From Sminthopsis crassicaudata (taxonomy: Eukaryota): a stretch of 64,000 nucleotides of DNA. This document shows positions 1 to 12,349 of this stretch, one piece after another. The translations under genes and the position numbers were made by a program. Below the pieces are notes generated by a model. It saw only the letters and a program-made list of their open reading frames with translations, ran no database searches and was not told where the DNA came from. Every line of letters begins with the position of its first letter. Positions within the stretch are counted from its first letter, which is position 1. The stretch lies in NCBI RefSeq assembly GCF_048593235.1, contig NC_133622.1, positions 179,738,001 through 179,802,000 on the forward strand, given 5' to 3'.

Positions 1-39
1 GCTATTTCTACTTACACAGCCATAATTCCTTCAATAGTT

Positions 40-400
40 TTCCATCCTGACATTCTTTTAACTTAAGAAACTCCTAGAGTTCCTTGTTGCCTCCAGGATC
101 AAGCATAAACTCTTTTGTTTAATTTTAAGCTTTTCGTAATCTGGCTCTATGCTAAATTTCTGGGTCCAGGGACATTACTTACTATCCTTCTCACACTCTG
201 TTGTGCTTTTTTTCCCCCTGTTCCTTCACATATAACATTTCTTTTATCTCTTTGCTTTTGTTACTACTAGCTGTTCTCCCATACCTGGAGGGCTCTCCTG
301 CTTTATGTTCACCTGACAGAATTCTGTTCTTCTTTGAAGACTCATTTCAAGCAATAGCTACTATGTGAATGAAGTCTTTCTTTATGCTCTCTCACAGCTA
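40..400 (+). mobile_element. L2 LINE 3' fragment
   Basis: Degenerate L2-type 3' sequence (ccttgttgcctccaggatcaagcataaactc...); approximate bounds. Confidence 0.55.
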
Positions 401-1059
401 CAGCATATGCTTGTATTGATGCACCTTGGGGCACCGAAGAAGAACCATGGAATGTTAGCAGGTTAGCTTGGGAATAAGGAACATTTGGTTTCAATTCTGT
501 TTCAGATGCAAAGTGGCTCTAGGACCAGAGTCAAGAGGAAGGCACCTAATCTATGGGTGATACAAAAAAAGCTTCAAGACGACAAAGTAAACATGAGTGG
601 CTTATCTGGGTATGTGAAGAATATGCCAGGAATTCCCCAAATCTGTGAACTTGCAGGTCTGGCTATTCCTCAGAATACCCCACCAATGCCACCAAAGAAA
701 AAAAGATAGTAAAATTTTGAGCTGTCAATAATGCTGCTGGTATCGAACTCAAGAATTTATGAGGAACCTATCAGCTCTTCTGGAAAAAAAAAAAATTGCT
801 TATCTCCAGTGTGGAACTTGACATATCAAAATTCATTTCCCTGTGGGCTCTATGCCAGGAAGGAATATATAGGTTCCAGAAACCTGTATTTTGCTTCTGT
901 GGGAAAAGATGACTGACTGCACTTCAAGTTAGAAGACTTGGCTTCAAAGGTCACAAAAGCATAGTGATTAATTTGTATAATCTAACAAAAGGAAGAGCCA
1001 TAAGGACTAGCCATTCCAATATACTTTTGGCATGCCCAGGGAAAGCTACCAACTTCAAG

Positions 1060-1190
1060 TCTTAGAAGGTAGTCTGGGGCACTGAGAGGGCAAATGCCAC
1101 TGTGGGGTCACATTGCCAGCACATGTATAAGCTAGGACTTGAACCCACGTATTCTTGGCTTGGAGACCAGTTCTTTATTCACTCTCAAGA
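1060..1190 (-). mobile_element. MIR/CORE-SINE fragment
   Basis: Reverse MIR-type sequence (ctgagagg...gtcacattgccagc...aggacttgaaccc). Confidence 0.5.
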
Positions 1191-1419
1191 GAACCAAAAT
1201 TAAAATTAATTCCTCTGTCCAAAGAACACTAACAAAAGTGGATTGGAAATATTCAATTAAAAAAAAATTATTGAAAAAGTCTTGGCTAAATCCCATCTAC
1301 TCTAAGAACAATTGCACTATCAGAATGGTTGGCACACAGTAGACTCTTAACACATGCCTGACTGAGTGCACCTGCCTTCCTGGAGCTCAGTGGGGCATAA
1401 ATACTTAATGAAAGTGACA

Positions 1420-1700
1420 GCTGTGGAACTTCATGATGAGCCTGACTACCTCTCCGTGCAAGTGGGGCATGTAGACATGGAACAATACAGTCAAGAATGG
1501 GGACACATGGTTGTTGGTCATGTGGACAGGTCCCATCCCATACTTGATACTCAGAAGAGATAATAGACATGCCCTTGTCAAAGCAATTTATGGAAAAGGC
1601 CATCAAAGAGTAGGACACTAAATCACCAAGAGTGCTGGGCTCTCTTTAAGTTTAAAGAAGTGCTATGGGCACCAGGAAGGGGCCACAGGAGCCAGTCTTG
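1420..1700 (+). mobile_element. Degenerate RTE-type LINE C-terminal fragment
   Basis: The translation ...WGHMVVGHVDR... followed by a GK-basic stretch resembles the RTE WxWxGHVxR motif (from memory). Confidence 0.35.
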
Positions 1701-2409
1701 AACCATAAATCAGTAATGTAGTTGGCACTTTCTAGGCCTAAGATGCAGCATAGGTTGTGAGGTCCTCAAGGGCTTTGGGTTCTTTTTTTAATACCCAGTG
1801 TGTAGTACAGAGTCTGGTACATAGTAGGTGCTTAAATGTTTATTAACTGACTGACTATATGAAGGGGAGCTTTGTGCATTGAAGTTTTCCAGTGGGATTT
1901 CATGAAGTTTTTTATCTTGTGTTCTATTTCTGCCTTCTTCTATTGGGAATTCCACTTAAGTAACTGAGTACTGAGCCCCCATTTCTCATTGACTGGAGCA
2001 ACCTCAACAGTGCCCAGACTTCCCTCCTCACAGAAGGGCCAATCTCATGAGTACATGCAGCAATGGAAAGGAGATAGGAAGGTAGGGAGATGGGGGAAAG
2101 ACCAAAGAAACAAGAAGCAACTGATGAAGAGAAGACAAAAGAGACAATCTGAAAATAGAGCTTATAAAGCTCTCTAGATGAGAAGGATGAGTAACTATTA
2201 AGACCTGGCTAGAGCTCAGTAATTGGTTCTGCATGCCTTATACCAGTCTTTCCTCTTGAGTTTCTATGTCACCTAGGGGCAATCAAGACCATTAATTGTA
2301 CAGAACGGATAAGTCATGGGAATGCCCACTACTACCCCAAAATCTTGCAAACAAACCTTTTAATTTTGTCAATTTTGAGCATAGTACATCTGTAGTTGAT
2401 ACACCTCAC

Positions 2410-2488
2410 CTTAGCTCCATGTTTGTGGAGAACCTCTATGACATCATTGTGAGCTCTTTCTGCAGCAACGTGTAAGGGAGTCATGAAG
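2410..2488 (-). CDS. TNKS: TNKS coding exon (about exon 11), 79 nt: (D)[26 protein letters not shown]
   Basis: Acceptor TTTCCCATTTAG (AG at 2489-2490); donor AAG|GTGAGG; phase matches the previous exon (GA|C = Asp). Confidence 0.97.
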
Positions 2489-2587
2489 CTAAATGGGAAA
2501 GAAATGGAAGAATGAAATGTCATTTTAAGAAAAGCAGGGGCTTGGCTCTTAAAAGCTGAAAAACGGTTTTTAATGAAGTAAACATAC

Positions 2588-2679
2588 TCTTTATTCTTTT
2601 CATTCACATTTGCTCCTTTCCGCAGTAAGAGCTCTGTCACTTGCTTACGTTTGGGGTGTAAGGAGGCCACAGCACAATG
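2588..2679 (-). CDS. TNKS: TNKS coding exon (about exon 10), 92 nt: [30 protein letters not shown](D)
   Basis: Acceptor TTTTGTCTTCCAG; donor AGA|GTATGT; ankyrin-repeat translation. Confidence 0.97.
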
Positions 2680-3029
2680 CTGGAAGACAAAACAAAAACA
2701 AAAAACAAAACACAAAATAAAGAGGGTTAATCAAGGTTAATACTGATCTTTTAAAAAAAAAACTCTGAATCCCACCTTTCTGTCCCTAGCTAAAGCCTTG
2801 GCTCTATTCCAAATGCCACCAAAAAACATGTTACCTGAATACTTAATAGAGATGGATGAAATTTTGGGTTGATTTAAAACCAAAATACAAGGATTTTAGA
2901 GTTAAAAGAGGGATCACTGTCTTCAAGCCTATGAAATATGTGTTTCCTCTAATTTTTAGATGAAGCAACTGAGATATAAGCAACAATACAATGTGAGATT
3001 AACTCCTGAAAATAAATTGCATAAATAAT

Positions 3030-3200
3030 TGTTATAGATTCTGAATTCATTAGATTAAAAACTGGAAGGAAACTTAAAAGGTCTTCTATTCCAACCTTCT
3101 TGTTTTTCATTATAAGGGAACTGAGGACCAAAGAGATTAGAAGATTTGGCCAAGGCCAGAAGGCAGTGGGCATCCATGGCCACGACAGCACTAAAAACCA
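3030..3200 (-). mobile_element. MIR fragment
   Basis: gggaactgaggaccaaagagattagaagatttggccaagg resembles the reverse MIR core. Confidence 0.5.
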
Positions 3201-3411
3201 GACACTGATTCCATGTCCACAGATGCTGCCTATTTCTTCCAGAGAAGCAATCACGAAGGCACTATGGTCTTATTTCTAGCAGATCCGTCATTCTGTGTCT
3301 GTGAGAAAACAGCCAGCAATTCTATTCTATTATCTTGAGAGACTGAACTCTCTCCTCTACTCCCAAGCCTGAGAAAGCTAAGGCTTAAAGATCTCGTCAA
3401 GAAGAGATCTT

Positions 3412-3512
3412 TTATTTATATATTTTTAATTATTATTTATTATATTATTTATATATTTTTATTATTTATATTTTATTTATTATATTATTTATATATTTAA
3501 TTTATATATTAA
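3412..3512. repeat. AT-only low-complexity repeat (TTATA/TATT variants)
   Basis: About 100 nt containing only A and T, read directly. Confidence 0.9.
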
Positions 3513-4179
3513 TTCACGGTTTTTTTTTTTACTATTCCTTGGGTGGGTTCATAAAAAACCTGCTATTGGAGGATATCTATCTACTGAGCTATTGGTGCCA
3601 TTGGGAACAAGAAGGCTGACTGGCCTTCCATATTATACCTTTTTTTCCATATATGGGACTGATCATTAAAGATATTAGACATGAATTGTCAGGAAGCTGA
3701 TGATGATGTTAACTTATGTCCAAACATATTCTGAGAGTGAATGGAAAGAAAACTAAGAAGAACAATCACTGAAATTGAAATAGAACTAATTTATACAGGT
3801 TAGATGAAACAGCTTGACACCTATTGCATAAGTAATCTAATTGGTTAATTCAAAAATTCACATGGATCCTTTATGAAAATCAAGTTTATATTTATGAAAG
3901 TACTAGTTCATAAATAAAGTGCTAAAATGAGATTAGATATAGACCGAGGTCTAAGTGTCCCAAAGACAAAGCTTAACAACTGTTCTGTCCACTGCATTTT
4001 TTTAATTCCTGGAAACAGGCCCAATAAAGCCAATTGTTTTTCAAAATTTAGGTATTTGTTATTGAAAAGCATCTTAGTGAGGTGCTGAATGGTGCTTAAA
4101 AAAAAAAAAAATAGCAAAAAAAAAACCACCTCTGAAAGCCCCGTTCTATTAAAGCAATAAAGTAGTTGGAACTTCTCAC

Positions 4180-4301
4180 CAGAGCTGTCTCATGAGACTG
4201 AGGCTGCTTGAAATTGATGATCTCCAAAGCAAGTGTTTTTTTGACTTTGGCCAGGTCTGCTTCTCTGGCTGCTTGTAGTAAAGAGTGACCTTTAAATTCA
4301 T
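4180..4301 (-). CDS. TNKS: TNKS coding exon (about exon 9), 122 nt: (Y)[40 protein letters not shown]
   Basis: Acceptor TTTTGTAACAG; donor CTG|GTGAGA; split codon T|AT = Tyr. Confidence 0.97.
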
Positions 4302-5189
4302 CTGTTACAAAACATATAGGCAAGATTAAAGCAAAGAACATAAGATTGTTGATCACTATTAAAATTAAACAGGAAATATTTAACACCCCTCTTTCCCCAC
4401 CTTCCACTTTGTATCAGGCACAGTGCTATGGGGATTTAGAGTGGGAGGTGAAGGAATATGGATACAAATTATGAAACAATCCTGATTCCTCAAAAATTGT
4501 TTACATTCTAAGGAGGAATGGAAGGTGTAGAGTCAAAGGGGACAAATGATGACTTTCAATTAAGCATGTATGTTCTAATTTAAGAGGTATGGGGCAATTC
4601 CATAGAACTGATCATTTCCAAAACAATTAATGGAACCAGAAAATAAAATATTTCCACAGCAGAAGCAAAAAGCCACTGTGTGTACACACACATACACAGG
4701 AGTATCTTGCAAAATTAAGGAATACAATGAGCACAATCTATAGCTGACCAGCTACTGCCTAAACAGTACAACTAAAAAGTATTTACTGGCCTAAAAGGTA
4801 CTTTTTCTATCTGAAGTTCTAATTGCTAGGAATTTTATCCTAAATTACTCTCTTTAGGACTTGACATAGTTCCCCAGATCTGGTACTAGACGGTACAGAG
4901 CTTTGTTGCCAAGGGAACAAAGAGAGTAAATGATAAGGCCAGAACTATCTCTAGACCCAAGATTCTAGTACTGTGCTGTGGACTGCCTTTAGCTCAGATC
5001 ATATAAGCTTCCTGGATGGATGCCTGCCAGTCAAGGCTCACAGTAAAAAGGCATGGCTTGGTTCCAACAGATTTTCCAATGACTTTGCAAGTAAAATCCC
5101 ATATAAATGTCAGTTGTTATTCACAAAAGGGAACTTACAAGATGTTAGTCATTAATGAGAAAAGGGGGCAGCTCCTTGACCACCTTCTT

Positions 5190-6185
5190 AGGGTCCCTGA
5201 AATAATCTTCCTTCTCACACAACCACTTTTCTGTCCCAGGCCTGCATCAGCTTTCTTTTCTTTGGACTATACCCTCCTGACTGATCTTCCCATCACTCTA
5301 GATTTCATCTCTCTCCATGTCAATCCTTGCAGTTTCACAAAGCAGCCAAGGTATTTTTCCACAGGTTTGACTGTGGCCCTCCCTTCTCAAAAAGCTTCAG
5401 TGGTTTCTCTGGTGTCCTTGGACTAAATGCAAACTTCTTTACTTGCCATTCTGAGTCCTTTAAAATTGGGCCACAGTCAATCTTTCAGGATTATTAACAT
5501 TACTTCATCAATTTATGATATTATAAGCAAACTCATCTATTTCTGATAGTTCAAACATAGCATTCCATCTCCCATTGATGCCCCTTTGTTCAGGCTGTCC
5601 CTCCTGCCTGGTTCTCTTAGTTCAATAAACATCATTTAAGGACCTTCTATGTGGCTAGTCCACATATAAGAATGGAGAATGAATAAGAATTCATAAGAAA
5701 TAAGAAAATGAAAGCCAGTTCCTGCCCTCAAGAGGATTATAATCTAAAAGGGGAAGACAACACACAAAAAGGAAACTGAGAAGTAGCAGGGCACCAGTGG
5801 ATACTTGGCGTGGGCATAACATTCCCTGCAATGGAAATCAAACCAAGCAGAGATGATGACAGAAAATGGGGAGTTATCTGGAAGGCTTCCTGTCCTCACC
5901 TATAACTCTTAGTATCTCCTTTGATCCCTGCCCCCTCCCAGATGTTAGTGCCTCCTCATACCACTCTGATCACTTTGTCATTTCCATGTCTTCATTTTGT
6001 ATTCTCAGGTCTGGGCCTTATTTTCTCTTCTAGAACCAATCATACTCTTTTGTGTGCTGAGGACACAAAGAAAAGATTCAAGAATCCCTGTAGGAGGGCA
6101 AAGCAGGTCCAATAGCATGTTTTATAGTTCCAGGGCCTTGGCACCCAAATGCTTCACAAATGCTTGACTGCTTGTTCTCTTGGCT
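5190..6185. mobile_element. Cluster of L2 fragments in both orientations
   Basis: L2 3' hallmarks (ccctcaagaggattataatctaaaagggg; ttcacaaatgcttgactg). Confidence 0.5.
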
Positions 6186-6299
6186 CTTGTTCAAGTGGCT
6201 ATTAACCTCATATTGAAGTGATCTTTGTGTGTTTCGATGCAAATGTTTGTGTGAAAAAAAGCTATCAATTAACAATCATAGGCTCACTGATCAGGAAAA

Positions 6300-6470
6300 G
6301 ACCTGAAAAGTCATTAATTCCAACCCTCTCACTTTATCTGTAAGAAATTGAGGCAAACCAAGGAGAAATAACTTGTCCTGGAGCTCTATGACTTCGACTT
6401 CATGTCTGAAGTTGATTTGAACCCAAGTCTCCCCAACTTTCATCCAGCCCTCTAATCACTATCATATTGG
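6300..6470 (-). mobile_element. MIR fragment
   Basis: aagaaattgaggc...ataacttgtcc...tttgaacccaagtctc. Confidence 0.55.
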
Positions 6471-6548
6471 CTCTTGGAGGAACATGGACCCAATCACCAA
6501 AGATCATAATGCTTCACTAAAACTGGGGAAAAGGAATTGCCTATATAT

Positions 6549-7163
6549 TGGTAAATAAGAGTTATGATTCCCGAGGGCAATCCCCCAGGACAAATGGCCA
6601 CATCCCTTAAGCTGCTCTTTATGTTGCTAAGAAAAAAGTCTGGTTAGGGCAAGCCCTGGTCGGAGTCTGGTGAGAGGAGGAGAGAAATCCTACTCTCTCA
6701 GTCAAGGATGAATGAGGCCCTGCTATTTTTATACCACTCCCTAAGTGAGACTGGAGAGGGGAAGGAGCTGAGACTAACAAGCCTGGACTAATGCTGGGCA
6801 GCAGAACAGCACAAGATAGGAGGGAACAAAAAGAAGGGGAAGCAAGATTGAGTGAGTCCGGTACCATACACCAAGGGGTGATCAGGAAGGACAGACCCTG
6901 TACAAATAGAATGAGGTATTCCAAACTGGTGAAATTGAGGGCTTTTAAAATTGATTTTAATGCTCCAGGCTCAAACCTGAGGGGACTCATGGAAGCCTAT
7001 CTGGAAAGCTGGCTTTTCATTGGTGAAACTTTGGTCATTACTGCACTGAGACTTGGAAAAAGTTTTCCATGTTGAGCCTTAATACTCTGATAAGGACTTG
7101 GGACTGGAGCTTCTCTGAGACTTTGTCCTATAATAGGCTGGAGAAATACCTTAATGCCTTACA
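6549..7163. mobile_element. Possible solo LTR of unassigned family
   Basis: GC-richer block of about 600 bp bounded by TG...CA; no TSD seen. Confidence 0.3.
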
Positions 7164-7329
7164 GAGTCAAAATAGTTTGTTGGTTTTTTCACTGCCATGA
7201 TAATTTCAAAAAGTATCACTGTAACTGACAAAATCTTTCATGCCATTTTGTTTTTTTAGAAAAAAAAAAGTCTCATTCCCTGGAAACTAAATTGACCATG
7301 AGATTTGTAATCAATTAAGATCTTATACA

Positions 7330-8340
7330 CATAGAAGGCAATTTATACATCTCACAAACAAGTTAAGTCATGCTGAAACAAGTTTGACAATTGACATGTA
7401 ATATATTAAAAACAAATATATCTAAATTCCTGTATTAACTGATGCAGAAGAAGGTTTGGACAAAACACAGTGCTCATTTGTTCTGAAAAAACCTACAAAG
7501 TATGGGCATGTTTAGATTCTGTTTCAGAAAATAAATCTAAATATCTAAAACCCAAAGCTAGCCTTACATGCAAAGGGGAAAATAACAGAAATCTTTCCAA
7601 TAAAGACAGAAAGAAAGGATGCCATGCTATTTGATGAAAGTAGAAAAATACCAGCAAAAACATAAGAAAAAGAAATTAAAAGCTATAAAAATAGGCAAAA
7701 GGACAAAACTGCTCTCTACTTACTGGCGATGATGTAATTAGTAATAACAGTTTCAGTAAAATAACATGACACAATATGTATCCTGAAAAATTAGGAGCAT
7801 AGCTAAACATAATAAAACAAAACTCCAGAGAGAATAACATAAAAGGGGATCTCATTCAAAATAATGAAAACATTCAGAAGAAAACAAGGCACATTTGAGG
7901 CTTGTATAAATCCACTTAAAAAGCACTGCTCCAAGAATAAAGAATGTCTTATGACTAGTCTGGTGCTCAAAAATGGATCAATGCCAACATAAAAAAAAAT
8001 AAAATAATGCTACCTTATCAACTTTTAAAATTTAATGTTTTAACAATCAAGCTACCAAAGAAATGTTTTACAAAGCTAGAGAAAACAGTTAACAAAAAAA
8101 AACTCATGTGAAGGAAGAAAAGACCTGGAATAAGAGTAGAAAAAAAAAGAGAGGATTAGTTCTATTAATTGTTAGTACTTTTTGATATTGGATAAAAAAA
8201 AAAAAAAAAATCAAGGGAATGGGCCGCTCAAGGAAAGATCAAGAATTAAATCAATTAACTCAAGGAAAGATCAAGAATTAAATCAATTAACTCATAGCAC
8301 AATCTTCAAAATATAAATTACCTAGCAAAAAATAGGGTTA
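7330..8340 (+). mobile_element. Old L1 ORF2 (RT region) fragments
   Basis: gatgcagaagaaggtttggacaaaacacagtgc resembles the L1 'DAEKAFDKIQ' region; heavily decayed. Confidence 0.65.
8227..8294. repeat. Perfect 32-bp tandem duplication
   Basis: ctcaaggaaagatcaagaattaaatcaattaa x2, plus ctca. Confidence 0.95.
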
Positions 8341-8344
8341 AAAA

Positions 8345-8550
8345 AGTAGGGTTGAGATCCTACTTTTTTGTGTCCCATGACTTCATCAGTCTCGTGAACC
8401 ATGGGGACCCAAATTGTAACTCAAGGAAGTGCTATATATTTCAAATAGAAGTTCATGAAAATAAAGTTAAATGTAAAAACAAAGTTGTATTTTTCTTCCA
8501 CCATTCAAGGTCATGAACCCCCTGTAAATCATCCCTTGAAGTCCACAGCT
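8345..8550 (+). mobile_element. Old hAT-Charlie-like DNA transposon derivative
   Basis: Sequence resembling Charlie/MER termini (ttttttgtgtcccatg...gttcatgaaccccctg); family from memory. Confidence 0.35.
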
Positions 8551-9185
8551 CTCCAAGTTAAGTATGCCTGGTTTAAAATGACATCACACACCATAGAGTA
8601 TGGAGAGAATATAGAGAGGAAAGGAGAGAAAAGGGGAGTCCAAGACTAATGCTAAATCTGTAGCCTTAGTAAAACTAATGATAATTAGGACTCTCCATGT
8701 TCAGTTACACTCACACACCATTCCAAAATGCCATCACATAAATTCACTCAATCAGTATAATCTGTGTAAAGAGCTCTTGTTCCACTTATATTTTGCTTCA
8801 TAAATGTCAGGGTAAGATGTGCTGAGATACTTGTTTTCAATAAATACCTTCTAATAAGACAGACACACTCACTGACCAAAAGGTAAACAGTCAAGATTAA
8901 AAATGCCTAAAAATCAAGAGCTCAAGATCCAAAAACCTCTGCAAAATAAAATCTTGAATGTATGGATTTCAAATGTTCCCCTTTCAGAGATGCTTACAAA
9001 CTCTCTCTGAAGCCATGATAATAAATATAAGCAATATAAGGACCAAAACTCATGAAATGTATAAAACAACTAGACAGATGAGAATTGGAAGGACCATTCA
9101 GGATACAGATACCCAATGAGAAGTGAGGTATGTAAGGAGACAAGAACCAATACTGGGCTGAACTCAAGAGGACTGAGATACATAC

Positions 9186-9372
9186 ATGTTAGCCTCTCCC
9201 GCAACTCAGGTGTAGGAGCCATGTCCACAGCACTTTTGCCATGACAATTGACCAATGTGGGGTCAGCTCCATGACTAAGCAGCAAAGAACAAACTTCCAC
9301 ACGATTCTTGGAGGCGGCCTCATGGAGAGGAGTGAACTGCCAGAGATCCATAGCATTGACACAAGCTCCGTG
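9186..9372 (-). CDS. TNKS: TNKS coding exon (about exon 8), 187 nt: [62 protein letters not shown]
   Basis: Acceptor CTCTCCCCATTCTAG with an upstream CTAAT branch-like motif; donor CAT|GTATGT. Confidence 0.97.
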
Positions 9373-9942
9373 CTAGAATGGGGAGAGAGAGAAGCTGCAG
9401 ATTAGTGAGCAGCTTAGGGATATGTTCATTTCCTTGTAAATGATAAGCCTGAAATACAAATGTGAAATGTTACCTCAATAAGAACAGTTAACACAATTAT
9501 GACAATATAGGAAAGACAAATTGAAAGCTCTGATAAATGATCAGGCCAGCCATTAGAGATGGCTCTGATCAAGCCATAATCGCAATAACAAAGCACACTA
9601 CCCACCTCTCCAAGAGAAGTCAGATTTTGGGCATGGCCAATGTGGGAATGTATGTTGCCTGACTGCAATTTCTTACAAGTTTTGTTTTGTTTTTCTTTTC
9701 TTTTTTTTTCCCCCAATGGAGCGGAAAGGCAGGATAGAAGAGAAAATAAATCATTGAAAAAAACTTTACCCAAAGAATTATAAAGTACAAAATAATTTGA
9801 GACTATGTTTTTAATTTTTTTTCAATTAAAAAAAACCCAGTTGGTTAGAACTTCAAAATGTCTAGTGATAAAGTTTCAGGAGAAAATACATAGGGGCACA
9901 GTATGTACAATTAAAACTGTTGAAGACAGAGTAGCAAATCTA

Positions 9943-10110
<168 letters not shown>

Positions 10111-10602
10111 CTAAAAAACAAACACTGACCAGACACAATATTTTTAAAACACCATGTTCTATTCCATTAAGGGAATGGCAATTCATCAAATGAGGTGCTA
10201 AAAATCCCTTTCAAACCTGCTTTACTGGTGAAGTACCCTAAGATACCTGACAAAAAGGACTTTCTTTTTTAAAAATTTTGTCTCTTTGCTTCAATATTCT
10301 CAGTGCTATTCCACATAGTGCCCAGACACATGGTAAGAGCTTCCTTGTGGCTTGATGATGACCAACAAGCCTGTGAGGGTCTACATATGACCACTTGGTA
10401 TGTGTGGAGGATGGCTTCTTAGTCAGAGGCATGTTATATGAAGCAGAGGAGATGAGATGAAATGAGGATGACAATCTGAGTCCAATGAAATTACATAGAG
10501 ATGACACCCATACAACATAGCACCCCCCACTACTTTGAGGCCCCATCTAGGAAGCTATGCCCACAATCTTCAGGGTATGAGCACTGGGTTCACATCACAT
10601 AC

Positions 10603-10697
10603 CCTTTGTCTTTGGCGTGTACATCAGCGCCGTGCTGAAGGAGAAGCTGGACTATTCGGACACGATTATAGCCCGCAGCCAGGTGTAAAGGAGTAGA
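10603..10697 (-). CDS. TNKS: TNKS coding exon (about exon 6), 95 nt: [31 protein letters not shown](G)
   Basis: Acceptor TTTCATTTCCCAG; donor AGG|GTATGT; phase fits both neighbours. Confidence 0.97.
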
Positions 10698-11009
10698 CTG
10701 GGAAATGAAAAAAACAAATAGAATCTGTGTACCAATAAGTAAACATTCAAAAGTCCAACAATAATGAGATTGTCAACCTGTTGAGACATAAGGAGGCTAA
10801 CAAAAGGAGAAAAAAAATTATATTTTAGAAGCTCTTCTTTCCTTTTTGATGGTGTTACCTGCTGGAATTAGAAAATCTCTTGCTCTTAACCCTTCCCTAG
10901 CTAAGCCCATGCTTAATTCATCCTTTTAGACAAATATCTTTTCACTCCAATAGTGGGTGGTATACCTCCCTAGATATAATTTTACAAAACATACCAAAGT
11001 TGTATTAAA

Positions 11010-12030
11010 AACACATTTTCCTTTTTAAAAATGATTTATTTTTTCCATTACATATAAAAGCCATTTTTAGCATCCTTTAACACAAATCTTGTCTTTCTTA
11101 CTGCCTCTCCCCTTTCTCATTTGAAAAGGAAAGCAATTTGATATAGTTTACATATGTAATCACGCAAAACATATCCATGTTAGTCATATTGTGAAAGAAA
11201 ACAAGACAAAAAGATCCAAGAAAAATAAAGAAAAAGTATGATTCGATCTTCAGACTCCATTAGTTCTTTGGAAATGAATAGCATTTTCCATCATGAGTCC
11301 TTTGGAATTGTCTCAGATCACTGTATTACTGAGAATAGCTAAATTATTCACAATTGAAAATCATACAATATTGCTGTTACTCTGTACAATTTCTTCTGCT
11401 TTTGCTCATTTCACTTTGCATTAGTTCCTGTAAGTCTTAAATTTTTCCTAAGAGCATCCTGCTCATTATTTCTTATAGCACAATAGTATTCCATCACAAT
11501 CATATACAACTTGTTCATCCATTCCTCAATTTTCAATTCTTTGCTACCACTAAAGAGCTGCTCTATTTTTGTACAAATAGGTCTCTCCTTCCTGCCCCCC
11601 AAATCTCTTTGAATATAAATCTAGTAGTGGTATTCCTTGGTCAAAGGGTATGCATGATTTTATAGCTCTTTGCTCTACAGAATGGTTAAATCAGTATACA
11701 ACTTCACTAATAATGCATTAGTACTCAATCCCTCCCCTCCCCCCCCGCCAATCTCCTCCAACATTTGTCATTTTCTTTTTCTTTCATACTAGCCAGTTTG
11801 ATACATGTAGGGTGGTAGCTCAGTTGCTTTAATTTGCATTTCTTTAATAGTGATTTAGGGCATTTTTTCATATGGTTATAGATAGTTCTATCTGAAAACT
11901 GCCTATTTACATCCTTTGACTATCAATGAGAAATAGCTCTTATTTTTTCATAAAATAAATTTGACTCAAGTTCTTCATATATTTGAAAAGTGGAATCTTT
12001 ATCAGAAAAACTTGCAGTTTTATTTTCAAA
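11010..12030 (-). mobile_element. Marsupial L1 3' end (ORF2 C-terminus plus 3' UTR), older
   Basis: The reverse ORF KLYMIVMEYYCAIRNNEQD matches the L1 ORF2 tail seen in other copies. Confidence 0.8.
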
Positions 12031-12349
12031 GTCTGACTACTATGGAGAATGCCTGGGGGCTTCTCTTCCAAATATGAACCCTTTGTATGTTAGAATAACT
12101 GGACCTAATCAGGTTAAGCGACTGGAACAGATTCACTTCACTGTTGGAGGAGGTTCTCATATTCCAGATTGACTAAGAGAATCTGTCCTTATGGCCTGAG
12201 GAAGAATGTGACCCTTTCTGATAGGGGTATTATGTTTTTTTTGTTCTCTTAAGTTCCCCATGTCAAAAGCATATCAGATTACTGCTATATTCAGTGCAGT
12301 TCTCTGAAGAGACCATTCAGGACAAATTCTGGTGAGAGTGGGTGGTATG

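Noticed and set aside
1-2400. Downstream TNKS exon (MNALDTLGQTALH...)
   Set aside because: Not found; it presumably lies before position 1.
9070-9351. ORF-track proteins around exons (9070..9351, 4096..4407) as stand-alone genes
   Set aside because: They are true exons plus read-through into introns; GT-AG sites define the real boundaries.
12040-12340. Possible processed pseudogene (YYGECLGASLPNMNPLYVRITGPNQ...)
   Set aside because: I recognise no protein in any frame, the other frames contain stops, and there is no poly(A) or TSD. BLASTX would settle it.
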